Assembly: GCA_002788775.1 (NCBI GenBank)
Contig: PFRX01000028.1
Coordinates: forward strand, 18,959 to 82,958
From: Candidatus Peregrinibacteria bacterium CG_4_9_14_0_2_um_filter_53_11
GTDB taxonomy: Bacteria > Patescibacteriota > Gracilibacteria > UBA1369 > UM-FILTER-53-11
Length of the DNA stretch: 64,000 bases
Reading direction: 5' to 3'
The translations under genes and the position numbers were made by a program. Under the pieces are notes generated by a model, which was not told the origin of the DNA, ran no database searches, and was given only the letters and a program-made list of their open reading frames with translations. Shown here one piece after another: positions 9,539 through 17,475 of the stretch; position 1 is the first letter of the stretch; each line of letters opens with the position of its first letter.

Positions 9539-10300
9539 CTAAAGTCCGAAAAGGACCTGGACGTTCGTGCTAATGCTCACCTCAAGGACCTGAGCATCAG
9601 CAGGGCGAAGAGACTTAATCATCTCGAAGGTCTCAACCATAAAAGCCGGCTCGTTCCGCTCGCCCCGGTGAGACTGAGGTGCAAGGTAGGGACAGTCTGT
9701 TTCTACGATGAGCTTGTCGAGCGGACAGGTTCGAGCAACCTCTCTCAAAGCCTCAGCGGATGGGTAGGTGATAATACCCGTAAAAGCAGTGTAGTACCCC
9801 CGGTCCCAGGCCATCTCCGCCTCTTTCATCGTGCCCGTGAAGCAATGAATGAGCGCGCGCTCAGTCCCCTCCTGATCCATAATCTCGTAGGCGTCAGCAA
9901 AAGCGTCACGGCAGTGGACGATAACAGGGAGGCCCAGATTTTTCGCAAGACGCAGCTGGGCTCGAAAGACCGTCTGCTGAAGCTCAACGGGCTCGAAGGT
10001 TTTGTAGTAGTCCAGCCCCATCTCGCCAAGAGCCACGATTTTTGACTCAATCTTGCAGGTCTTGAGGATCTCGCTGGCAACCTCCTCATTCCACTCTGAG
10101 GCGCAGTGAGGGTGAATTCCCATCGTGCTGTACATAAACTCGTAGTCCTGCGCGAGCGCGAGCGAGCGGAAGTTCCCCTCAACATCGAAACCCACATTGA
10201 TCAGCTTTTCAACGCCTGCCGCGCGTGCGCGTGCGACTGCCTGAGCCCGATCCGAGTCGAAGGCGTCTACATGAAGGTGAGCATGACAGTCGATAAGCAT
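9539..10300 (-). CDS. tatD: TatD family metal-dependent nuclease
   Basis: DCHAHL, GIHPH, GEMGLDYY, HCRDA, HCFTG, ETDCPYLAP. Confidence 0.95.
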   Translation of the reverse strand: MLIDCHAHLHVDAFDSDRAQAVARARAAGVEKLINVGFDVEGNFRSLALAQDYEFMYSTMGIHPHCASEWNEEVASEILKTCKIESKIVALGEMGLDYYKTFEPVELQQTVFRAQLRLAKNLGLPVIVHCRDAFADAYEIMDQEGTERALIHCFTGTMKEAEMAWDRGYYTAFTGIITYPSAEALREVARTCPLDKLIVETDCPYLAPQSHRGERNEPAFMVETFEMIKSLRPADAQVLEVSISTNVQVLFGL

Positions 10301-10446
10301 TGTGCAGTGGGGCGAAGAAGCGTTAATCTAGAGCAGGCACCAAGTTAATACACTATTATGGTACACGTTGATACAAGCTTTAAGGAGAATTATAAGAGAG
10401 TTCGACAAAACTGCAAGAAGATAGGTTGATCCTTCCACCATTCAGA

Positions 10447-11517
10447 ATGAAAATAACCACCCTGCTCTGGGAGCTCTATGCTCTCTTCACCCCCTATGTA
10501 AGCCCTTTCGAACGACGCGTCGATCGCTTCTTTCTCTGGGTTAACTCATCAAGAAGCCGGGGGGAGGTGGAGCGTCGCATGAGGGAGTTGATGAGTGAAG
10601 ACATGATCACCTTCTCGGTCTGGGTTGAGAAACGCTTCAAAAACTACCACTACCTCACCAAGCGCCACCGACGTCAGATGTACCGTAATGCTGAGGCGAT
10701 CAAGGTGCAGTTTAAAGCTTTCGCTCAGAGCCAGTTGGTGAGTGGTAAAGCACTCGAAGAGGAGCTTGCGCGGGCCCGCGTTGCCGTCGCCCCCACTCGG
10801 CTTCCCGAACTCCAACATCTCGTCAGCATCATGCGGTATCTCGATCCACGCAGCCGCTTCCGCTATGAGGAGAGCCGCAGCTTCGGAAAGCTCCTCGCCG
10901 ACCCGAACAGCGCGCGACTCGTGGGCGACTGCAACCAGATCGTCACGCTCTATGCCGCCCTCTTCTCCCTCAAGTTCCCGCTCCGTGAACTACAGATAAA
11001 ACTTCTTCCAAAGCACGTCTGCCTCCACCTGGATGGAGTGGATATCGAGGCCACCAATGCGACTTTTCAGAACTACACCGAGTACGAGTATATCGCCCCA
11101 CTAACCGAGATCGTCGCCACAAACCTCTTGGATGTTAACGACCCCGATGAGCTCGTCATGAGTGTCGAGCCGGAGGTTTTCGTGAAGGGTGCCCAGCTCG
11201 CCTTCGCACTTTCGCAAAAACGAGAGGTTGTTGAGCACAATATCCGCGTCGCCTATCATAACCTCGCCCTTGCGGCCCTTAAGAGCCGCAACTTCACACG
11301 CGCTTACTTCTACGCTGACAAGATCCGTGACCCCAAGCTCTTACGGAGCTGTCAGGCGGCCGAGTACAACTCACTCGTGGCAAAAGTGTCACACGTTAAA
11401 ACTCTCAAGGAGGCCAAGGGCTATCGCTCAGTCTACCGCCGAATGATGACACTGGCCCGCGCGATGGGCGACAGTCAAGCGGCAGACCAGATAGGCAAAA
11501 CACTCGGAAAGATTTAG
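10447..11517 (+). CDS. Hypothetical protein with transglutaminase-like core and helical (TPR-like) C-terminus
   Basis: GDCNQIVTLY...LPKHVCL...DIEAT resembles a Cys-His-Asp/Glu triad; start set at ATG 10447. Confidence 0.55.
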   Translation: MKITTLLWELYALFTPYVSPFERRVDRFFLWVNSSRSRGEVERRMRELMSEDMITFSVWVEKRFKNYHYLTKRHRRQMYRNAEAIKVQFKAFAQSQLVSGKALEEELARARVAVAPTRLPELQHLVSIMRYLDPRSRFRYEESRSFGKLLADPNSARLVGDCNQIVTLYAALFSLKFPLRELQIKLLPKHVCLHLDGVDIEATNATFQNYTEYEYIAPLTEIVATNLLDVNDPDELVMSVEPEVFVKGAQLAFALSQKREVVEHNIRVAYHNLALAALKSRNFTRAYFYADKIRDPKLLRSCQAAEYNSLVAKVSHVKTLKEAKGYRSVYRRMMTLARAMGDSQAADQIGKTLGKI

Positions 11518-11548
11518 GCTTGGCCCACTCCCCCCAAAAGACCGGAAG

Positions 11549-11577
11549 TTGACAACACCCCGAAACTACCTTACTAT
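11549..11577 (+). promoter_or_regulatory. sigma70 promoter of the aro operon leader
   Basis: TTGACA (11549-11554), 17-nt spacer, TACTAT (11572-11577). Confidence 0.8.
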
Positions 11578-11584
11578 GCCCACG

Positions 11585-11638
11585 ATGAAGCGCACTCCTG
11601 CAACCAACTGGTTTTATTTTTTTACCCTGACGGCTTAG
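11585..11638 (+). CDS. Aromatic-amino-acid leader peptide MKRTPATNWFYFFTLTA (attenuator)
   Basis: Codons TGG TTT TAT TTT TTT at 11609-11623; ATG at the predicted TSS; stop codon inside the antiterminator 5' arm; upstream of DAHP synthase. Confidence 0.85.
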   Translation: MKRTPATNWFYFFTLTA

Positions 11639-11667
11639 GGAGAGCTTTTCGTATCACGAAAAACACT

Positions 11668-11699
11668 AATCCCTAGGTCACCCGCCGGGGATTTTTTTT
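11668..11699 (+). terminator. Attenuator terminator (3:4 hairpin)
   Basis: AATCCCT-A-GG...CC-GGGGATT followed by T8; its left arm also pairs with 11632-11641. Confidence 0.8.
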
Positions 11700-11838
11700 A
11701 TTTATTACCTTTTTACTATGAACACACCGGGTATCAGATCATCGTTTAGACTGGCAGGCGCTCCTACGAGCACAGCCTGCCTTTGGCGAAGCAACGCTAC
11801 GAACTACCTTTATCGATAAGACCACTAACCCCACACCC

Positions 11839-12861
11839 ATGATTATCGTAATGAAACGTCATGCGCCCGAGGAGACGATCCAGCGCGTCATAGACGAGAT
11901 TGAAAAAGCAGGAATGCAGCCGGTTCCCCTCATCGGTACCGAGCGCACGGTCATAGCCATTATCGGAGATGAGCGGGGGCTCGACGAAGCTCATTTCAGA
12001 AGTTTACCGCATGTCTCAACCGTTATGCCGGTCCTACGACCGTACAAGCTCGCGAGCCGTGAGACAAAGCACGAATCGACGATCATACGCGTTGGAAATG
12101 TGGAGATCGGAGGCCAGACCATTGCCATGATGGCCGGCCCCTGCTCCGTGGAAAATGAAGACCAGATTGAAGAGTCAACGCGCGGTGTAAAGGCTCTCGG
12201 AGCTAACATTCTCCGCGGCGGCGCCTTCAAGCCAAGAACCGGCCCTTACGCCTTCCAGGGACTGGGTCGTGAGGGTATCGACCTTCTCTCGGCCGCCGGC
12301 AAGCGCCACGACATGGTGACCGTCTCAGAAATTATGGATGTTCGTGATGTTGAGTTCACCGCCTCAAAAATTGATATCCTACAGATTGGTGCACGCAACA
12401 TGCAGAACTTCGACCTTCTTAAGGAAGTGGGCCGTCTACAAAATCCCATCCTTCTAAAGCGCGGCATGTCGGCGACCATTAAAGAGTTCCTCCTCGCGGC
12501 CGAGTACATCCTCGCTCAGGGAAATCCCAACGTCATTCTCTGTGAACGTGGCATCCGCACCTTTGAAGACGAGACGCGCAACACACTCTGCATCGCGACC
12601 GTGCCTATCGTAAAAGAGCTCTCCCACCTTCCGATTATCGTAGACCCCAGCCATGGAACGGGCAAGGTCCAGCTGATCCCACCGATGGCAAAGGCTGCCA
12701 TTGCAGCCGGCGCTGATGGTATTATGGTGGAGGTCCATCCGAATCCGGATGTCGCCCTGTCAGATGCCGATCAGGCCCTCGACCTCGAGCGCTTTGGCGC
12801 TCTGATGAATGAGCTCGGCCCGATCACTCATGCGGTCAACCGCACCCTTCCCAATGACTAA
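11839..12861 (+). CDS. aroF: DAHP synthase, type I-beta with N-terminal ACT-like regulatory domain
   Basis: [43 protein letters not shown]; Thermotoga-type N-terminal MIIVMK domain. Confidence 0.95.
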   Translation: MIIVMKRHAPEETIQRVIDEIEKAGMQPVPLIGTERTVIAIIGDERGLDEAHFRSLPHVSTVMPVLRPYKLASRETKHESTIIRVGNVEIGGQTIAMMAGPCSVENEDQIEESTRGVKALGANILRGGAFKPRTGPYAFQGLGREGIDLLSAAGKRHDMVTVSEIMDVRDVEFTASKIDILQIGARNMQNFDLLKEVGRLQNPILLKRGMSATIKEFLLAAEYILAQGNPNVILCERGIRTFEDETRNTLCIATVPIVKELSHLPIIVDPSHGTGKVQLIPPMAKAAIAAGADGIMVEVHPNPDVALSDADQALDLERFGALMNELGPITHAVNRTLPND

Positions 12862-13906
12862 GATCCAGCAACAACCTCAGCTTATTATTCGCACGAAGGC
12901 CGTGGGCGAGCTCCCTCGGCTCGTGAGAAAAGCTGGGCACCAGTGCGTCGTTATTACCGACAGCCATCTTCGGAGCAAAGCCAACGAGCTCTCTCTGGAG
13001 ATCAAAAAAGCGGGCCTCCCCTGCTCCCTCCTTACCGTCCCCGCTGGAGAGAAGAGTAAGTCCCTCGTGGTGGTCGAAGAGCTGTGTGAGGCTCTGGTTA
13101 AAACCGGCCTGGGGCGGGATGGTGTTCTTGTGGCCCTGGGAGGCGGGGTTATAGGTGATCTTGCGGGATTTGTCGCATCGGTTTACATGCGAGGCATACC
13201 TTTTATCTCGGTACCGACCACTGTCATCGCGATGGCTGACTCGAGTCTGGGAGGCAAGACGGGAGTCGATCTCGCAAGTGGAAAAAATCTTGTGGGAACC
13301 TTCTATCCTCCGATGGCGATCCTGATGGACCCCACCCTGCTTGAAACCCTACCCGACCGTGAGTTCAAAGCCGGCTGTGCCGAGATCATCAAGCATGGTG
13401 TCATACATGACGAACGGTTCTTCACCTTTCTCGAGAAGAACCGAGAGAGTATTCTGGCCCGCAAACCAGCCCTCATTCTGAAAATGCTCAAGCAAAGTGC
13501 CAAGGTCAAGCTCACCATTGTGGGGGAAGATCCCCGGGAGGCACTACCGGCACGCCCGAACTCAACCAACCGGTCACGCATGCTCCTAAACTATGGACAC
13601 ACCATCGGCCATGCCCTCGAGAAGCTAAGCGAGTACACTCTTCCCCACGGGGAGGCGGTGGCCATTGGCATGATCGAGGAGAATAGGATTGCAGTGAAAA
13701 AGGGAATACTCACAAAAGACGCAGCGACTCGGATCAGCACCCTTATAGAGAACTTCGGCCTACCAACCAAGCTCCCCAAGGAGGCCACAATGGCACGCAT
13801 GAAAAAGCTCATCGCCCGCGACAAGAAAAAGGTGGGGAGCAGTATTTACTTCGCACTTCCCACCGGGATTGGAAGTGCTGACCTCTTCCCCTATGATCTC
13901 GCTTAA
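12854..13906 (+). CDS. aroB: 3-dehydroquinate synthase
   Basis: GEKSKS, ALGGGVIGDLAGF, DSSLGGKTG, EIIKHG, LNYGHTIGHALE, HGEAV; start ATG 12854 overlaps the aroF end. Confidence 0.95.
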   Translation: MTKIQQQPQLIIRTKAVGELPRLVRKAGHQCVVITDSHLRSKANELSLEIKKAGLPCSLLTVPAGEKSKSLVVVEELCEALVKTGLGRDGVLVALGGGVIGDLAGFVASVYMRGIPFISVPTTVIAMADSSLGGKTGVDLASGKNLVGTFYPPMAILMDPTLLETLPDREFKAGCAEIIKHGVIHDERFFTFLEKNRESILARKPALILKMLKQSAKVKLTIVGEDPREALPARPNSTNRSRMLLNYGHTIGHALEKLSEYTLPHGEAVAIGMIEENRIAVKKGILTKDAATRISTLIENFGLPTKLPKEATMARMKKLIARDKKKVGSSIYFALPTGIGSADLFPYDLA

Positions 13907-15653
13907 GGTTCCTGGTTCCAAAAGTTTGACCAATAGAGCGCTCATCATCGCCGCTCTTGCCACCACAAAGACGCGTCTCAATGGCTGCCTTTTCAGTGAT
14001 GACACGCGGGCTATGATAAAGTCACTTAAAGCGCTGGGGGTTGGTATTGAGCGGGAGGGCAGCAGCGTCATCGTCAGACCACCTAAAGGCGGCCGGCTCA
14101 CCAAGCCACGAGGCAGACTGAGCTGTGGAAACTCGGGAACGAGTGTGCGTTTTTTAAGCGCCCTTTTAGCCACACAGCCCTTCTCAACACTGATCGATGG
14201 AGACAACCGCATGCGCGAGCGCCCTCTTAAAGACCTCACCGATGCCCTCAGTCAGCTGGGAGCCTCGGTTGGCTTTTTACAGAGCTCCAACTGCCCGCCG
14301 GTGGAGATTGCCGGCCCCCTTGCGGGAGGAGCATGCACTCTTCGAGGGACGATGAGCAGCCAGTACCTCTCCGCCCTCCTCATGGCCGCCCCCTATGCAC
14401 AGAAGAGTGTCACGATAAGTGTTAAAGGCGGCCTCAGCTCAAAACCCTATGTTGACCTGACGATCGCCCTGATGGCGGAGTTTGGAGTTGTGGTTGGACG
14501 GGAGGGCTACCGACGGTTCACCATCAAGGCCGGCCAGCGCTACCGGCGGGCTCGAGCGCTTGATATCGAAGGAGACGCCTCAGCCGCGAGCTACTTCTGG
14601 GCTCTGGGAGCTCTGCTCGACGAACCTATCGACATAACCAACGTCCCTGATACGACGCTCCAACCCGACAAAGGCGCCTTCCTGAAAGCACTCCACCGCG
14701 TCATGCGCACCAAGAGTGAGGGGGGCCTTGAGCTCAGTGGTGAGGCCTTTCCCGATGCCGCTATGACGCTGGCGGTCGTCTGCGCTCTCCGCCCCGGACA
14801 GTGGAGACTGAGCGGCCTGCACACCCTCCGCGTTAAGGAGTGCGACCGCCTGAGAGCTCTCGCTACAGAGCTCAGAAAGCTCGGGGTTAAGGTAAAAGAA
14901 GAGGCAGAGGCCCTCACGATAAACGGCCGTGAGCCCACTAAACTTCATGGTGCTACCATCGAGACCTACAACGACCACCGGATGGCCATGTGCTTCGGAC
15001 TGGCCGGACTCCTCATCCCCGGAGTGACCGTCCTCAACCCCGGCTGCGTACGCAAGACCTACCCAACGTTTTGGAAAGATCTGAAGATGATCCAGAAGCG
15101 ACTCGACGAGCGACTGATCGTCATCAGTGGTATGCGTGGGACCGGCAAGAGCACTCTGGGGAGGGAGCTCGCGCAGAGGCTCAGACGGCCCTTTTACGAT
15201 CTCGATGAGGAGGTGGAGAGGCGGCTCGGGAAGAAGATTGTGGACCTGGTAGCAGAAAAAGGCTGGGAGGCATTTCGTGAAGAGGAGAGAAAAACCGTCG
15301 CGCTTTTTGTAAAAAAGAGGGGGGCGGTGCTGGCCACGGGAGGGGGAACCCTGATGGATGAGTCCAGCCAGCTCACGCTTAAGGCCGTCGGAAAGATACT
15401 CATTCTAGATGCTCCCCCGGAAGTTCTTATCAAGCGCCTTAAAAAAAGTAAAAACCGCCCCTCGCTTACCGGTACACAGACATTTCTGGATGAGTTGAGT
15501 AGTGTCTACCAAGAGAGGAAGGCTCGCTATCTCGCCGCGGCCGACTCGGTCTTTGACGTCTCCATCACTACGACTAACAAACAAGCCGACCGGATGAAGA
15601 AGGTAAAAGGGCTCGTGGAGATCGTCCGAATGCTCGGCTTTTCCACAGAATAA
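13893..15653 (+). CDS. aroA: Fused EPSP synthase and shikimate kinase (AroA-AroK)
   Basis: PGSKSLTNRAL, GNSGTSVRF, SSQYLSALL, RVKECDR, DHRMAM, KTYP; then GMRGTGKST, DLD, FREEE, ATGGG, NRP. Confidence 0.93.
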   Translation: MISLKVPGSKSLTNRALIIAALATTKTRLNGCLFSDDTRAMIKSLKALGVGIEREGSSVIVRPPKGGRLTKPRGRLSCGNSGTSVRFLSALLATQPFSTLIDGDNRMRERPLKDLTDALSQLGASVGFLQSSNCPPVEIAGPLAGGACTLRGTMSSQYLSALLMAAPYAQKSVTISVKGGLSSKPYVDLTIALMAEFGVVVGREGYRRFTIKAGQRYRRARALDIEGDASAASYFWALGALLDEPIDITNVPDTTLQPDKGAFLKALHRVMRTKSEGGLELSGEAFPDAAMTLAVVCALRPGQWRLSGLHTLRVKECDRLRALATELRKLGVKVKEEAEALTINGREPTKLHGATIETYNDHRMAMCFGLAGLLIPGVTVLNPGCVRKTYPTFWKDLKMIQKRLDERLIVISGMRGTGKSTLGRELAQRLRRPFYDLDEEVERRLGKKIVDLVAEKGWEAFREEERKTVALFVKKRGAVLATGGGTLMDESSQLTLKAVGKILILDAPPEVLIKRLKKSKNRPSLTGTQTFLDELSSVYQERKARYLAAADSVFDVSITTTNKQADRMKKVKGLVEIVRMLGFSTE

Positions 15654-15722
15654 CTACCGCACTGAGACCTTGCCCGCCACACCAAAAGGAGTACTCTTAT
15701 ACCAGAACCACAACACACTCTT

Positions 15723-17240
15723 GTGAAGACACCCTCCCCTTTTGACGCAATCATCATCGGCTCGGGCATTGCCGGCCTCCACTCGGCACTCAGACTCGCT
15801 GAGACGGGGAGAGCGGTCCTCGTCGTGACCAAGAAGAAGATCGCACATACCGCCACAAACTTCGCCCAAGGCGGAATAGCCGCCGTCCTCTCACAAACGG
15901 ATGATGTTGAGAAGCATAGTGAGGATACGCTCGAGGCCGGAGCCTTTCACAACAACAAGCGTGCCGTAAGCTACATGGTCAAACATGGAGCTGCTTCGAT
16001 CCGACGTCTTATTGAGTACGGCGTCCCCTTTGCAACTCACGGAGGCGAGCTCCTCCTTACGCGCGAAGGCGGCCACAGTGAGCGCCGCATCGTCTTCGTC
16101 TCGGACTATACCGGTAAGGCAGTCGAAGAGGTTCTTGTCAAAAGGGCAAAAAAGCATCCGCTCATTACAATTTGGGAGGATGCCACCGCGGGCGACTTCA
16201 TCGTTAGAGACGGGCACTGTTTAGGCGTTGAGGTCATCCAAGAGGGGGAAGTTACAAAGATCTACGCCTCAGCCGTTATACTAGCCAGCGGAGGCGTGGG
16301 CCAGATATACGCATACACGACCAACCCCCTCATCTCTACCGGTGACGGAATCGCCATGGCTCACCGCGCGGGCTGCACAACCCGCGACCTCGAGTTCATA
16401 CAGTTCCACCCCACAGCCTTCCATCACGGCGGCAAGACCCGCTTTCTCATCTCTGAGGCGGTCCGGGGCGAGGGAGCTCACCTTCTCAATAGTAAGCACA
16501 AGCGCTTCATGGTTGGGCGCCATCCCCGAGCTGAGCTCGCCCCACGTGATATCGTCAGTCGTGAGATCTATAAGGAAGAGCGCGACGGCCCCGTCTACCT
16601 CGACCTCCGGCACAAAGATCCCGTAAAGGTCCATACCCGCTTCCCTCAGATCAGCGCCGCGCTCAAAAAATACGGCTTCGATATGGCACGTGACCTCATC
16701 CCGATCTCACCGGCCGCCCACTATCTCTGTGGAGGAGTAGAGGTGGACCTCAAGGGCCGCACCAGCCTCCCGGGCCTCTTTGCCTTTGGCGAGGTCGCCT
16801 GGACGGGTGTCCATGGAGCCAACCGCCTCGCCAGCAACTCTCTCCTCGAGGCTCTGGTCTTCTCCGAGCGCATCGTAGATGAGATACGCGGAACAGTCAG
16901 GGGGGATAAAAGTATGAACAGCCAGATAAACGGGCCACCCCCCAGCGCACGGGGTACAAACCTTCCCCCCTGCACGCCATCACAAAAGCGCCTCTACGCA
17001 AAACTACGCCGCTCACTCCAGAAGACGATGTGGGAGTCGGCCGGCATTATTCGCACTGAGGAGGGACTCAAGAAGGGGTTGAGCGAGGTCAAGGCAGCCG
17101 AAAAACTCATCCAAAACCCGGACTCTCTTGAGGGCCGGGAGCTAAGCAACATGCTCACTGCAAGTGAGCTCATTATTCTGGCTGCACTAAGACGAAAGAC
17201 CTCACTCGGCTGCCACTTTAGAAGCGACTCAGAAGACTGA
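15723..17240 (+). CDS. nadB: L-aspartate oxidase
   Basis: IIGSGIAGL, AQGGIAAV, REGGHS, QFHPT, LISEAVRGEG, HYLCGG, HGANRLASNSLLE. Confidence 0.93.
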   Translation: MKTPSPFDAIIIGSGIAGLHSALRLAETGRAVLVVTKKKIAHTATNFAQGGIAAVLSQTDDVEKHSEDTLEAGAFHNNKRAVSYMVKHGAASIRRLIEYGVPFATHGGELLLTREGGHSERRIVFVSDYTGKAVEEVLVKRAKKHPLITIWEDATAGDFIVRDGHCLGVEVIQEGEVTKIYASAVILASGGVGQIYAYTTNPLISTGDGIAMAHRAGCTTRDLEFIQFHPTAFHHGGKTRFLISEAVRGEGAHLLNSKHKRFMVGRHPRAELAPRDIVSREIYKEERDGPVYLDLRHKDPVKVHTRFPQISAALKKYGFDMARDLIPISPAAHYLCGGVEVDLKGRTSLPGLFAFGEVAWTGVHGANRLASNSLLEALVFSERIVDEIRGTVRGDKSMNSQINGPPPSARGTNLPPCTPSQKRLYAKLRRSLQKTMWESAGIIRTEEGLKKGLSEVKAAEKLIQNPDSLEGRELSNMLTASELIILAALRRKTSLGCHFRSDSED

Positions 17241-17471
17241 GCTCTCCTCGTGGGCCAGGGCCTCCAAAAACTTCCCGAGGGCCTCCTGTGTGAGCGCAAC
17301 TTCAAACTCTGCCTCGCGCTCAAGGTTACCGCGCAGCTCATTCTTTTCCTCATCCTCCATCGCCGGAAGAATCGTCAGCCAGAGCTGCTTTTCAACGGTT
17401 GGAAGGTTGGTCACCGCCAGAAGGCTGACGATTGTTCGATCCAGTTCGTTTTGTAGGAGTGGATGATCCAT
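17229..17471 (-). CDS. Small hypothetical protein (80 aa, helical)
   Basis: ORF directly after 17476-18927; start set at ATG 17471 (MDHPLL). Confidence 0.55.
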   Translation of the reverse strand: MDHPLLQNELDRTIVSLLAVTNLPTVEKQLWLTILPAMEDEEKNELRGNLEREAEFEVALTQEALGKFLEALAHEESSVF

Positions 17472-17475
17472 AAGT

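Noticed and set aside
11576..11584. Upstream in-frame ATG extending the leader to MPTMKR...
   Set aside because: It overlaps the -10 box, so it would not be transcribed from this promoter.
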